Part shown: one piece after another, positions 20,891-31,273 of the stretch
Layout of the letters: each line of letters starts with the position of its first letter
Position numbering within the stretch: position 1 is the first letter of the stretch
NCBI GenBank assembly: GCA_030829955.1
Contig: JAURNY010000019.1
Coordinates: 699-64,698, forward strand
Direction: 5' to 3'
Length of the DNA stretch: 64,000 bases
Origin: Gammaproteobacteria bacterium
Lineage (GTDB): Bacteria; Pseudomonadota; Gammaproteobacteria; Eutrophobiales; Eutrophobiaceae
Translations under genes and position numbers: made by a program
Notes under the pieces: model-generated
What the model saw: the letters and a program-made list of their open reading frames with translations, nothing else
Databases searched by the model: none
What the model was told of the DNA's origin: nothing

Positions 20891-21654
20891 AAACTATTTA
20901 ATGCTTTCAGCAAACCACCATTGTCTGTTGTTGTTGCAATACGGATTTCATTATCAAATCCTTGCAATTTTGCATGCTCTGCATTTCTGATGGACATCAA
21001 GACTAGTGGCGTTTTAAACAGTGTTGCCTTATGTGATTCAGGCGTCAAGCTGATCAAATTATTTATTCCTGTATTACTGGTCACAATAATCGCCTGTGGC
21101 GGTTTTGTTTGCCATATACTATTTAAATATTGAACATCATATACTGGTACATCTCTGGAATAGACTTCAGCTACATCAACAATAGCTCCCCTTTCAATGA
21201 GTGTATCCGGGATCAGCTCTCTTCCTCCACAACCACGTATCAGCAGGATGCATTTGCCTTGAACTGAATCTTTTTTTAGCTCAACTAATGATAATAATGA
21301 TTCACTATCAGCGCATTTACCGCCTGTTAAACTAGTTTCAATACCAACATCGGTAAGCGCGGCTGCCGTGGCACCCCCCATTGCCATAAACTTTATATGT
21401 TGGGGTAATTTTTCATGTGAAAGATAATATTTAAATGTAACCTCAACCGCATTACGACTTACAAATATAATTGTGTCGTAATGATTAATATCAGAAAAGA
21501 GATATTGCAATTTTTCGGAATCACTTATTGTTTGAATTTCAATCACCGGAAATGAAAGAACCTGAAAACCCTGTTTTTTGACCAGATCATTCAAGTCCTG
21601 TGACTGATGCTTCGGCCTTGTGATCCAAACACATTGTAGATCTGCTACAACCAC
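20869..21654 (-). CDS. hemD: Uroporphyrinogen-III synthase
   Basis: 261 aa, HemD fold family, located between hemC and hemX. The start is uncertain; the ORF overlaps hemX by about 22 nt. Confidence 0.8.
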   Translation of the reverse strand: MVVADLQCVWITRPKHQSQDLNDLVKKQGFQVLSFPVIEIQTISDSEKLQYLFSDINHYDTIIFVSRNAVEVTFKYYLSHEKLPQHIKFMAMGGATAAALTDVGIETSLTGGKCADSESLLSLVELKKDSVQGKCILLIRGCGGRELIPDTLIERGAIVDVAEVYSRDVPVYDVQYLNSIWQTKPPQAIIVTSNTGINNLISLTPESHKATLFKTPLVLMSIRNAEHAKLQGFDNEIRIATTTDNGGLLKALNSLWETSRT

Positions 21655-21655
21655 A

Positions 21656-22576
21656 CTAACACAAAACCGCTTTTAATATTTCTTCAGCGCCATTTGCCAG
21701 CAGTCTTTCACCAACCTCATGCCCTATCAATTGCGCATCTTTGCGAGGACCCGAGAGTGAGGATTTGATAATTTCCGTGCCGTCCACACGCGCAACAATA
21801 CCGCTCAAGGTCACAACATCATTTTCCATTGTAGCTTGTCCGGCAATAGGTAATTGACAACCGCCGTATAGACAACGACTCATGGCACGTTCTGTTTCAA
21901 CACAACATTGTGTATCTTCATCATTTAATGGAGCAATTAATTCCAACACATCTTCAGCTTCCTGTAGACATTCAATACCGATCGCCCCCTGGCCAATCGC
22001 AGGCAAAATATTGTTAATCGGGATAAATTGCGCAATCCTGTCCTGCATACCCAAACGAATCACACCTGCTGCAGCAAGGATAATTGCATCGTATTCATCC
22101 GCATCCAGTTTTGATAATCGGGTGCCTACATTACCTCGTAAATCATGAATTTTAATATCAGGACGAAAAGCCCTTAGTTGAGATTGCCGCCTTAAACTCG
22201 ATGTCCCAACTATGCCTTCCTCAGGGATATCACTAATACTGTTATAGTGATTCGAGATTAATACATCATGGACATCTTCCCGCTGCATGATCACTGGCAA
22301 AACAAAACCTTCGGGCATATCAATCGTGACGTCCTTCATAGAATGAACTGCAATATGTGCTTCGCCCTGAATGATTGCCTGTTCCAATTCCTTGATAAAT
22401 AGGCCCTTACCGCCAGCTTGCACCAAAGGCGCTTCCAGAAATCGATCTCCAGCCGTTGTCATCCCAACTAGTTCAACTTCTAATCCCTGATGGGCTGCCT
22501 GTAATTGTTGTTTGACATGTTCTGCCTGCCATAATGCCAGCGGACTTTGACGTGTCGCGATTTTCAGCGTTTTCAC
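21656..22576 (-). CDS. hemC: Hydroxymethylbilane synthase (porphobilinogen deaminase)
   Basis: 306 aa. HemC signature MKTLKIATRQSPLALWQAEHV and the dipyrromethane cofactor Cys region. Confidence 0.92.
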   Translation of the reverse strand: MKTLKIATRQSPLALWQAEHVKQQLQAAHQGLEVELVGMTTAGDRFLEAPLVQAGGKGLFIKELEQAIIQGEAHIAVHSMKDVTIDMPEGFVLPVIMQREDVHDVLISNHYNSISDIPEEGIVGTSSLRRQSQLRAFRPDIKIHDLRGNVGTRLSKLDADEYDAIILAAAGVIRLGMQDRIAQFIPINNILPAIGQGAIGIECLQEAEDVLELIAPLNDEDTQCCVETERAMSRCLYGGCQLPIAGQATMENDVVTLSGIVARVDGTEIIKSSLSGPRKDAQLIGHEVGERLLANGAEEILKAVLC

Positions 22577-22661
22577 TTATCAGCTTTAATTCTTGAATAT
22601 AGAAAGGTAATGATACACTGTTGGACACAATGAGTAAGCGCTCAAATCACATAGAGATAGT

Positions 22662-23609
22662 ATGAAACTCGGAATCATTATGGATCCCATTGAGAGGATC
22701 AAAATTCAAAAGGATAGCTCTTTTGCCATGCTACTGGCTGCTCAATCGCGCGGCTGGGAGCTGCACTATATGGTGCAGGGAGATTTGTTTCTTGATCAGA
22801 ATCAGGTAATAGCTGACATTTGTCGACTTCAGGTGGCTGACAATACAGCAAACTGGTTTGAAAAATCTGAAACAGAACGTAAACCACTTGCCGATCTGGA
22901 TGTTATTTTGATGCGAAAGGATCCGCCATTTGACCTTAACTATATCTATACCACTTATTTACTTGATCATGCACAGCGTGATGGCGTTTTGGTACTCAAT
23001 AATCCACAAGCATTGAGACAGGTAAATGAAAAATTTTTTATTACCCATTTTAGTGACTGTATCGCGCCAACGAGAATTAGTAGTCGCACACATCATCTGC
23101 TGGAGTTTTTACAACAACATCAACAGGCGATTATAAAACCATTGGATGGCATGGGTGGGCAGGGCATCTTTAAACTAGATATTAAAGACCCCAATAAAAA
23201 TGTGATTTTCGAAACCCTGACCAATAATGGTCAACGCCCGGTCATGATTCAGCAATTCCTGCCTGATATTGCCAAGGGTGATAAACGAATTTTATTAATT
23301 AATGGCGAACCTATACCTTATGCACTTGCCAGAATACCTGCAGATAATGAATTCAGAGGTAATCTTGCTAAAGGTGGTACAGGAAAAGGGGTTGAATTAT
23401 CAGAGCGTGATAAATGGATCTGCGCCCAAGTTGGGCCAACATTAAAAGAGATGGGCTTAATATTTGTCGGTCTGGATGTCATAGGTGATTATTTGACCGA
23501 GATCAATGTAACAAGCCCAACCTGTATCCGTGAACTGGATAATTTGTATAATATTAATATTGCTAACCAACTTATGGATGCGATTCAAGCAACGTTATCA
23601 TCAGGCTAA
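22662..23609 (+). CDS. gshB: Glutathione synthetase
   Basis: 315 aa. Prokaryotic GshB N-terminus (MKLGIIMDPI) and ATP-grasp motifs. Confidence 0.9.
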   Translation: MKLGIIMDPIERIKIQKDSSFAMLLAAQSRGWELHYMVQGDLFLDQNQVIADICRLQVADNTANWFEKSETERKPLADLDVILMRKDPPFDLNYIYTTYLLDHAQRDGVLVLNNPQALRQVNEKFFITHFSDCIAPTRISSRTHHLLEFLQQHQQAIIKPLDGMGGQGIFKLDIKDPNKNVIFETLTNNGQRPVMIQQFLPDIAKGDKRILLINGEPIPYALARIPADNEFRGNLAKGGTGKGVELSERDKWICAQVGPTLKEMGLIFVGLDVIGDYLTEINVTSPTCIRELDNLYNINIANQLMDAIQATLSSG

Positions 23610-23669
23610 AACATTCATGCCGTTTGTGCTTACACATATATCAATAATCCTAATCAGGCAGATCTCAAC

Positions 23670-24686
23670 GTGAGCGCCATACAAGCTACACCAGTCATGG
23701 TCACGCCCATGGATCGATTGGGTTTAACATTGAGTCTGGCAATTTTATTACATGCAACGCTGATACTCGGCATTACATTCATAGACGAGGATCATCCGAT
23801 TACCCGCAATAACACAATAGAAATTGTGCTGGTTCAACAATCCAGCAAGGCCCCTGAAGATGCAAAATTACTCTCTCAGGCCAATCTGGAAGGCGGTGGT
23901 AATGTTCAGGAGTCAATTAATCCATCTACGCCAACTCCAGCACCACTCCCTGATGTGATACCAGAGATAACAGCACCACCACCTGTTGAAACACAGCCAC
24001 CGCAACTTCCAGCCCTTGCTGTGACAGAGACTGAATCTAATGAACCCGAGTTGTCAAAAAAAGAAATCGTAGAAAGCCTGACTGTAGAAGAGTTGGAAAG
24101 TCCGGCACCGATTTTTGAAAAGGCGAGAGAGCCTAATAAGGAAAACAAAATAGCTGAGACCGCCGAAGAAAAGACGGTAGAAAAGCAACCCGCGCAAAAT
24201 AAGCCCCCAGCAGAGAAAAAAGAAGTTGTAGAAAAACCACCATTACCCTCTGCCACACAATTATTAACCAATAGTTTCAAGATTGCTTCTCTAAGTACCG
24301 AAGTACGACGTAAACTGGAAGAGAAGGCTGAAAGCCCAAAAAGGAAATTTATCTCTGCAACAACTCGTGAACACAATTACGCAGCTTATATGGAAGCCTG
24401 GCGCTCCAAGGTCGAGAGAGTTGGTAATATCAATTACCCGGAAGAAGCTAGAAAAAGATACCTGTCTGGAAGTCTCGTTCTGGATGTAGCGTTGAATGCG
24501 GATGGCTCTATCAATCAGATTACGATTCGCCGTTCTTCCGGAGAAAAAATTCTGGATGATGCTGCTATACGAATTGTTGAATTAGCCGCACCATTCTCAC
24601 CATTCCCGCAAAATATCAAAGATGAAACAGATATTCTGCATATTATGCGCACCTGGCAATTCCTGAACAATAAAAGCTTTAGATAA
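23670..24686 (+). CDS. tonB3: TonB-family protein (TonB3-like): N-terminal TM, Pro/Glu-rich spacer, C-terminal TonB domain
   Basis: C-terminal YPEEARKRYLSGSLVLDVALNADGSINQITIRRSSGEKILDDAAIRIVELAAPFSPFP is a TonB C-terminal domain. It sits between gshB and yqgE as tonB3 (PA0406) does in P. aeruginosa. The start is uncertain (GTG at 23670, or ATG at 23697 or 23709). No exbBD adjacent. Confidence 0.7.
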   Translation: MSAIQATPVMVTPMDRLGLTLSLAILLHATLILGITFIDEDHPITRNNTIEIVLVQQSSKAPEDAKLLSQANLEGGGNVQESINPSTPTPAPLPDVIPEITAPPPVETQPPQLPALAVTETESNEPELSKKEIVESLTVEELESPAPIFEKAREPNKENKIAETAEEKTVEKQPAQNKPPAEKKEVVEKPPLPSATQLLTNSFKIASLSTEVRRKLEEKAESPKRKFISATTREHNYAAYMEAWRSKVERVGNINYPEEARKRYLSGSLVLDVALNADGSINQITIRRSSGEKILDDAAIRIVELAAPFSPFPQNIKDETDILHIMRTWQFLNNKSFR

Positions 24687-24739
24687 GTTTCTTCGCAGAA
24701 ACGCTTGAGTAATCAACAAAACCTGTCGATACTTATTGT

Positions 24740-25300
24740 ATGAGCCATAATAATCTCATCAATCAATTCCTGATCGCCATGCCATCATTAAATGATCCCT
24801 CATTTGAAAAAGCGGTCACTTATATCTGCGCCCACAACAAAGATGGTGCGATGGGAATAGTCATCAATAAACCGATGGATATTGAGTTGGGAGATATTTT
24901 TGAGCAAATGGAGATTACGGGTACTTACAGAGCAGCAAAACAGCGCCCGGTCTTCCATGGCGGGCCTGTGCATGTCGATCGAGGATTTATATTGCATCGT
25001 GCAAATACTCAGTGGGATTCATCTATCATGGTATCAGAAGGTATTTGTGTCACTACATCAAAAGATATTCTAGAATCTATAGCTGAAGGCAAAGGCCCGG
25101 ATGATGCAATTATCGCATTAGGTTACGCTGGCTGGTCCGGAGGCCAGCTTGAAGATGAAATACTGAATAATTCATGGCTAAACGGCCCTGCAAACGAGCA
25201 CATTATTTTCCACACACCTCATGATCAATGCTGGCATTCTGCTGTGGCGAATATAGGTATTGATCTCGACAAACTTTCGACTGATATTGGCCACGCCTGA
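24740..25300 (+). CDS. yqgE: YqgE/AlgH family protein (UPF0301)
   Basis: 186 aa. Conserved N-terminus LINQFLIAMPSLNDPSFEKAVTYICAHN…GAMGIVINKP. Confidence 0.85.
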   Translation: MSHNNLINQFLIAMPSLNDPSFEKAVTYICAHNKDGAMGIVINKPMDIELGDIFEQMEITGTYRAAKQRPVFHGGPVHVDRGFILHRANTQWDSSIMVSEGICVTTSKDILESIAEGKGPDDAIIALGYAGWSGGQLEDEILNNSWLNGPANEHIIFHTPHDQCWHSAVANIGIDLDKLSTDIGHA

Positions 25301-25691
25301 TAATCAAATACTTTTCTGTTTCGATGTTGGACAGAAGCGTATTGGCACAGCTGTCGGCCAAACGATAACGCGCACAGCGACGCCTCTGGAAATTATTAAA
25401 GTCCTACAAAATAAACCCGATTGGGATAGAATTGCGGCGCTTTTACAGGAATGGCAGCCAGATAAATTAATTGTAGGCTATCCATTACATATGGATGATG
25501 ACAGACAGGAAATGACCGAACAGGTAGATCGTTTTATTCGCCAACTTCAGGGTCGATTTCATATACCAACAGAGAGTATTGATGAACGTTTATCATCTTA
25601 TGAGGCTCGCCAACGAATTAAATCGACTTATAATGTCGATGCGGTAGCTGCTCAAGTGATATTGGAAACCTGGTTTGAAGAACATCATTAA
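25260..25691 (+). CDS. ruvX: Putative pre-16S rRNA nuclease / Holliday junction resolvase-like RuvX (YqgF)
   Basis: LFCFDVGQKRIGTAVG matches the RuvX N-terminal LGxDxGxKxIGVAV motif. The start is probably a TTG near 25288 overlapping the yqgE stop; the ORF-track start is also TTG. Confidence 0.8.
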   Translation: MISTNFRLILATPDNQILFCFDVGQKRIGTAVGQTITRTATPLEIIKVLQNKPDWDRIAALLQEWQPDKLIVGYPLHMDDDRQEMTEQVDRFIRQLQGRFHIPTESIDERLSSYEARQRIKSTYNVDAVAAQVILETWFEEHH

Positions 25692-25706
25692 AAATGATTA
25701 CGAAAT

Positions 25707-26219
25707 ATGAGTCAGAACAAAATTAATATCGATGCATTAATCGAACAAATGTCGAAAGATATCTTCGACTTTGTCGCCGATATTGATGAAGATGATTTAT
25801 TGATGGTCGGCATTCGTACCGGCGGTATCTGGGTTGCCTCACGCTTACATAAGTTACTAAAACTAGAATCCGAACTGGGGGAACTGAATATCTCGTTCTA
25901 CCGCGATGATTTCAGCAAGGTCGGGTTGCATCCTGAGATAAAACCCAGCAAATTACCTATCGATATTACAGATAAACACATTATTCTGGTTGACGACGTG
26001 TTGTTTACCGGTAGGACAATTCGTGCCGCTATGAATGAAATATTTGATTATGGTAGGCCAGCCAGTATCACATTAGCGGTATTAATTGATCGTAATAAAC
26101 AAGAATTGCCAATTAACGCAGATATTGTTGGAAAAAGTTTAACACTTAATGACGGAGAACATGTTAAACTCCTTGGCCCAGAGCCACTGGCACTGGAAAT
26201 AAAAGAACTGGATGACTGA
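25707..26219 (+). CDS. pyrR: Bifunctional pyrimidine regulatory protein PyrR / uracil phosphoribosyltransferase
   Basis: 170 aa. PRTase motif [16 protein letters not shown] and the PyrR N-terminal region. Confidence 0.9.
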   Translation: MSQNKINIDALIEQMSKDIFDFVADIDEDDLLMVGIRTGGIWVASRLHKLLKLESELGELNISFYRDDFSKVGLHPEIKPSKLPIDITDKHIILVDDVLFTGRTIRAAMNEIFDYGRPASITLAVLIDRNKQELPINADIVGKSLTLNDGEHVKLLGPEPLALEIKELDD

Positions 26220-27186
26220 GCATACACAGCAAACCGACCCACAAGGCAGGCTAAAACATTTTTTAACGACTGAAGGCCTGAACCATACATTACTTACTTC
26301 TATTCTTGATCACGCAGAAAACTTTGCCGGTGTAGAAAACCGTCCGGTAAAGAAAGTTCCGTTGTTACGTGGTAAAACCGTTGTAAATTTGTTCTTTGAA
26401 GCAAGCACACGAACCCGCACAACTTTTGAACTCGCGGCTAAACGTTTATCGGCTGATGTACTCAATCTCAATATCGCGACATCTGCCACCAGCAAAGGTG
26501 AAACATTAAGAGATACCTTGCGCACACTTGAAGCTATGCATTGTGATATGTTTATTGTTCGCCATGCAAATAGTGGCGCAGCACATTACATCACTACTCA
26601 GGTTGCACCTCATATCAGTGTGATAAATGCAGGTGACGGCCGTCATGCTCATCCTACGCAGGCGATGCTGGATATGTTTACTATTCGTAAACATAAAGGC
26701 GATTTTGCACCACTTAAAGTCGCTATTGTTGGTGACATTTCACATTCACGCGTAGCACGTTCTGAAATCCATGCACTCAATACACTGGGGGTTACTGAAG
26801 TAAGAGTAGTGGGTCCCGCTACCTTAATACCCAAAGATGTCGAATCATTAGGCGTACATGTATTCAATGATATGAGTGCAGGACTAGAAGGTGTAGACGT
26901 AGTCATGATGTTGCGTCTGCAACGTGAACGTATGTCAGACGCATTATTACCCAGTGCACATGAATTTTTTAATCGCTATGGATTAACCGAGAAACGACTA
27001 AAGGTAGCCAAAAAAGATGCCATTGTCATGCATCCCGGGCCAATTAATCGTGGCGTTGAGATAGAATCCAATATTGCGGATTCCAGTCGGTCAGTTATTC
27101 TGCAACAGGTTAGTCATGGTATCGCTGTGCGTATGGCAGTAATGGCAATGTGTATGCAAGGCAATACTGAGGGCATTGAATCATGA
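26212..27186 (+). CDS. pyrB: Aspartate carbamoyltransferase catalytic chain
   Basis: 324 aa. STRTR carbamoyl-phosphate binding motif ([11 protein letters not shown]) and the HPxQ motif; overlaps pyrR by 8 nt. Confidence 0.92.
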   Translation: MTEHTQQTDPQGRLKHFLTTEGLNHTLLTSILDHAENFAGVENRPVKKVPLLRGKTVVNLFFEASTRTRTTFELAAKRLSADVLNLNIATSATSKGETLRDTLRTLEAMHCDMFIVRHANSGAAHYITTQVAPHISVINAGDGRHAHPTQAMLDMFTIRKHKGDFAPLKVAIVGDISHSRVARSEIHALNTLGVTEVRVVGPATLIPKDVESLGVHVFNDMSAGLEGVDVVMMLRLQRERMSDALLPSAHEFFNRYGLTEKRLKVAKKDAIVMHPGPINRGVEIESNIADSSRSVILQQVSHGIAVRMAVMAMCMQGNTEGIES

Positions 27187-28466
27187 GTATTGTTATCGAA
27201 AATGGACGCTTGATAGATCCGGCGAATAATACTGATAAACAAACAAATGTATTTATCGATAAAGGTGTTATTGCCGGTATCGGACGACAACCTGTCGGCT
27301 TTACTGCGAGAAAAACCATAAATGCTAAAGGACAACTCGTATTGCCCGGCTTAATTGATCTATGTGTTAGAACGCGCGAGCCTGGTTTTGAGTATAAAGC
27401 CACTATGGATAGCGAATTGGCTGCCGCAAGTAAAAGCGGTATTACATCAATCTGTTCACCACCTGATTCTGATCCTATAGTTGACACTCCCGCTGTAGTT
27501 AAACTAATTCAACAACGTGCATATGAGGTTGGTAAGGTAAAGGTTTTCACATTGGGAGCAATGACCAAAGGTTTAAAAGGTGAACAACTTGCCGAGATGT
27601 ATTCATTGCAACAGGCCGGTTGTATAGCCATGAGTAATGCGCTTTACCCTATTACCAATATGCAGATATTGCGTCGCGCATTTGAATATGCGCATAGTTG
27701 CGGACTTACTGTATTTATTCAACCTAATGATGTTGATTTACAAAATAATGGGGTTGCGAATGAAGGTGCTTTTAGTACTCGTTTAGGTTTACCACCTATT
27801 CCTGAAACTGCAGAAACTGTTGCGTTAGCAAGCGCCTTGTTATTAATTGAACAGACGGGTGTTAAAGCTCATTTTTGTAGACTTTCTTCAGCGCGTTCGG
27901 TAGCAATGATAAAACAGGCGCAAAAAGAAGGTTTTCCTGTAACAGCGGATGTTGATATCTGTCATTTACATTTAACGGAAATGGACATTACAAACTACAA
28001 CGTCGACTGTCACTTATATCCACCGTTACGAACAGAGAGAGATCGGTCGACATTAGTAAAAGCTATTGAAGATGGTATAATTAGCGCAATTTGTTCTGAT
28101 CATCAGCCTCATGACATAGATGCAAAATCAGCCCCATTTAGTTTGACCGAATCTGGTGCGTCAACAGTTGAAATATTATTACCTCTGACACTACATCTTG
28201 TTGAACAAAAGCAACTATCAATGATGAATGCTATTGCAGCCCTGACATCACGACCTGCCGAAATATTACGACTTGAGTCTGGCAATCTTTCTGTAGGTAG
28301 TCCTGCGGATATTTGTGTCGTGAATCATGAAAGCGACTGGGAAGTAAACAAAGCTAATATGATGAGTATGGGAAGAAATACGCCATTTCATGGCTGGAAT
28401 CTGTCAGCGGAAGTTTACACCACGATCATGAATGGCAAGATTACATATCAAAAGAAAGATAAATGA
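27183..28466 (+). CDS. pyrC': Dihydroorotase-like protein, predicted non-catalytic (PyrC'-type ATCase structural subunit)
   Basis: 427 aa amidohydrolase fold. The metal-binding HxH of active type-I dihydroorotases (D-x-H-V-H-L-R-E-P-G) is replaced here by [10 protein letters not shown], as in Pseudomonas PyrC'. Confidence 0.8.
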   Translation: MSIVIENGRLIDPANNTDKQTNVFIDKGVIAGIGRQPVGFTARKTINAKGQLVLPGLIDLCVRTREPGFEYKATMDSELAAASKSGITSICSPPDSDPIVDTPAVVKLIQQRAYEVGKVKVFTLGAMTKGLKGEQLAEMYSLQQAGCIAMSNALYPITNMQILRRAFEYAHSCGLTVFIQPNDVDLQNNGVANEGAFSTRLGLPPIPETAETVALASALLLIEQTGVKAHFCRLSSARSVAMIKQAQKEGFPVTADVDICHLHLTEMDITNYNVDCHLYPPLRTERDRSTLVKAIEDGIISAICSDHQPHDIDAKSAPFSLTESGASTVEILLPLTLHLVEQKQLSMMNAIAALTSRPAEILRLESGNLSVGSPADICVVNHESDWEVNKANMMSMGRNTPFHGWNLSAEVYTTIMNGKITYQKKDK

Positions 28467-29350
28467 ATCATCCTGCCAGTCGTAACACACTCTTTCTAGA
28501 AAAGGCCGAAGTTGTTTTTCATGAAGCTTATCCTGAAAATCAGTATCACATGCGTTTACATGCATATGAAACAGCACTGCATGCGAAACCCGGCCATTTT
28601 GTACACATGCAATGCCACACCAGTTTACTAATGCGTAGACCTATGTCGTTAATGCGTACTGATATTAATAAAGGGACGATCGATATCCTGTATAAAGTTC
28701 ATGGTCAAGGAACACAACTATTAAGTACGAGACAGAAAGGCGAGGTAATTGATTTAATCGGCCCGATTGGGCAACCCTTTAAACTAGATAATTATAGTAA
28801 ACGACCTTTATTAATTGGTGGTGGTGTCGGTATTCCGCCAATGGTGTTTTTATCTGAACATTTAAAGTCGCAGCATCAGGACTGTAAACCATTTGTCATT
28901 ATGGGATCTGAAATCCCGTTTCCGTTTGAGGCCAAACCGTCACAGATCATGATGAGTGAACTACCTTCAGACGTGATTGCCTGTATGCCCTTGCTTGAAG
29001 ACTGGGGAATTGCATCGCGTCTGACTTCACTACAGAACTATGCGGGTTGTTTTCAGGGTTATGTTACCGATCTGGCAAGACATTGGTTGAATAATCTGGA
29101 TGATGCAGCAAGACAAGAGGTTGAAATATTTACTTGCGGACCAACGCCAATGTTGAAGGCAGTTAGTCAATTAGCAAGAGAATATGATTTACCCTGTCAG
29201 GTATCATTAGAGGAATATATGGCATGTGCAGTAGGCGGTTGTGCAGGTTGTACCGTATTGATTGAAACTGAAAACGGGCCTGCAATGAAACGTGTTTGTG
29301 TAGATGGACCAGTATTTGAGTCAAAATCTGTTATTCAATTTCAGAGTTGA
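28463..29350 (+). CDS. PyrK-like FAD/NAD(P)-binding oxidoreductase with a C-terminal 2Fe-2S cluster (dihydroorotate dehydrogenase electron-transfer subunit family)
   Basis: 295 aa. FNR-like FAD/NAD domains and the C-terminal CAVGGCAGC…C motif typical of PyrK, sulfide dehydrogenase and hydrogenase gamma subunits. Its start overlaps the pyrC' stop by 4 nt. Confidence 0.7.
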   Translation: MNHPASRNTLFLEKAEVVFHEAYPENQYHMRLHAYETALHAKPGHFVHMQCHTSLLMRRPMSLMRTDINKGTIDILYKVHGQGTQLLSTRQKGEVIDLIGPIGQPFKLDNYSKRPLLIGGGVGIPPMVFLSEHLKSQHQDCKPFVIMGSEIPFPFEAKPSQIMMSELPSDVIACMPLLEDWGIASRLTSLQNYAGCFQGYVTDLARHWLNNLDDAARQEVEIFTCGPTPMLKAVSQLAREYDLPCQVSLEEYMACAVGGCAGCTVLIETENGPAMKRVCVDGPVFESKSVIQFQS

Positions 29351-30012
29351 TGACAAACAAATCTTCGTTAGTTATCAGCAATCAAACTGATTGCCATGAA
29401 CATCTGGAAAAAGTTGTAAAAAAACATTTAGTAACACCTTATCTAAAACCCTATCATCATTTCTCTGAACAGTTATTTGAAAAACTCGATAAGCTACAAC
29501 AAAAATTAATGTTGTCGATAATTCTGGATTCAGGCTGTGGAACAGGGGAAAGCACTATTAATCTGGCACAACTATATAGTGATCATCTAATCATCGGTAT
29601 AGATCAATCTGCTCATCGTTTAAAAAAGACAATTGGCGCTCAATCTTATCTACATAAAGACAATTATATAATTGCGCGAGGAGATGTGATTGATTTATGG
29701 CGCATGATAAATAAAGCCAAATGGAATATAGATAAACATTATTTACTCTATCCAAATCCCTGGCCAAAAAAAGATCAATTGATACGTCGCTGGCATGGTC
29801 ACCCTGTTTTTCCGCAGATGATTAATTTTTGTAAAAAAATAGAACTAAGAACAAACTGGGATATATATGCTAGAGAATTTAAACTAGCTACTTCACTGAT
29901 AACTGAAAGAAAAATGACAATAAATAATATTAAGCAGGCGGAGCTAACTACGCCTTTTGAAAAAAAATACTTCGCAAGCAAACACAAATTATTTCGTGCT
30001 ATTATAAATTAA
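29347..30012 (+). CDS. trmB: Class I SAM-dependent methyltransferase, TrmB-like (tRNA m7G46 methyltransferase family)
   Basis: 221 aa. SAM motif LDSGCGTGE and YLLYPNPWPKKDQLIRRWHG matching the TrmB FPDPWPKKRHHKRR motif. Overlaps the upstream gene by 4 nt. Confidence 0.6.
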   Translation: MMTNKSSLVISNQTDCHEHLEKVVKKHLVTPYLKPYHHFSEQLFEKLDKLQQKLMLSIILDSGCGTGESTINLAQLYSDHLIIGIDQSAHRLKKTIGAQSYLHKDNYIIARGDVIDLWRMINKAKWNIDKHYLLYPNPWPKKDQLIRRWHGHPVFPQMINFCKKIELRTNWDIYAREFKLATSLITERKMTINNIKQAELTTPFEKKYFASKHKLFRAIIN

Positions 30013-30173
30013 TCATCTGTTCTGGTTAATATGGGAAAAACTATTTTCTTACGGAACACTTCAGTTGGAGAATGTCCAGATTAAACATTCAGGAATCGAA
30101 AAATCGCCTGATATTAACCAACATCTGGTTTGTATAATTCAGTACAAGAAGCATGATTAACAATTCAAACTAA

Positions 30174-31229
30174 TTAACCAAAGTTAATCTTCGCTTCCAG
30201 ATTGGTTCTGGAATCTGCATTATTCAATGCCTCTTCCAACTCGATACGTTCTTCTTTAAAGAGATTATAAAGTGCCATATCAAATGTTTGCATACCCTTC
30301 TGGCCACTATCGTTCATGGCCTCTTTAATTTTATCAAGTTCGCCTTTAAGAATGAGTTCTGCGATATGCGGTGTATTAATAAGAATTTCAATAGCAGCAC
30401 ATCGTTTACCATCTCTTGCTAAAACCAGACGCTGAGAAATAACCGCACGTAAATTTAATGATAGATCCATGAATAACTGTCTATGCATATCCTGCGGAAA
30501 CATATTAATGACACGTTCCATTGCCTGATTTGCATTGTTTGCGTGTAAAGTAGAAATAGCCAGGTGACCTGTGTTACTTAACTCCATTGCCGCTTCCATG
30601 GTTTCACGATCACGAATCTCACCTATCAAAATGACATCAGGTGCCTCACGCAATGAAGCCTTTAGGGCATTTGCATAAGATTTGGTATCAACACCTACTT
30701 CACGTTGATTTACAATCGCTTTCAAATTAGGGTGACTAAATTCAACAGGGTCTTCAATCGTTAGAATATGACCTGCCATATTCTGATTACGATGGTTAAT
30801 CATTGCTGCCAATGTCGTTGATTTACCTGAACCGGTACTACCAACCATCAGAATCAAACCGCGCTTATTCATTATTAACTCTTGCAAAACCTCTGGCAAA
30901 CCCAATTTCTCAATGGTTGGAATCTCATTAGGAATTCGACGTAATACCATGCCAACTTCACCACGTTGACGAAAAACGTTTACACGAAACCGGGCTATAT
31001 CACCTAATGGAATCGCAAAGTCACACTCCATGTTTTTTTCAAACTGTTGTTTTTGATAATCATTCATAACACCGTAAGCCGCTTCTTTGGTAAGTTCACC
31101 AGTTAATAGTGTTTTACCAACAGGCATCGTCTTACCTTCCAGCTTAACTTTTACCGGAGAATTGGTGGTTATAAAAAGATCTGATGCATCTTTTTCGACC
31201 ATTAATTTCAGATAGGGTGTTATATCCAT
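30174..31229 (-). CDS. PilT-family type IV pilus retraction ATPase, third paralogue (PilU-like)
   Basis: 351 aa. Walker A GSTGSGKSTT, Asp box, Walker B, His box (LHANNANQAMERV) and the PilT-specific AIEIL motif. N-terminus MVEKDASDLFITT is PilU-like. Confidence 0.85.
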   Translation of the reverse strand: MDITPYLKLMVEKDASDLFITTNSPVKVKLEGKTMPVGKTLLTGELTKEAAYGVMNDYQKQQFEKNMECDFAIPLGDIARFRVNVFRQRGEVGMVLRRIPNEIPTIEKLGLPEVLQELIMNKRGLILMVGSTGSGKSTTLAAMINHRNQNMAGHILTIEDPVEFSHPNLKAIVNQREVGVDTKSYANALKASLREAPDVILIGEIRDRETMEAAMELSNTGHLAISTLHANNANQAMERVINMFPQDMHRQLFMDLSLNLRAVISQRLVLARDGKRCAAIEILINTPHIAELILKGELDKIKEAMNDSGQKGMQTFDMALYNLFKEERIELEEALNNADSRTNLEAKINFG

Positions 31230-31273
31230 GATTGACTGACTCTGATAATTTTTTAAATAAGTTTTTAAAGATT

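Noticed and set aside
30013-30173. 9-bp inverted repeat (TGGTTAATAT … ATATTAACCA) about 80 nt apart in the trmB-like / pilU2 convergent spacer
   Set aside because: Short arms and a long AT-rich spacer. It is plausible by chance in 40% GC DNA and is not followed by a T-run, so it is unlikely to be a terminator.
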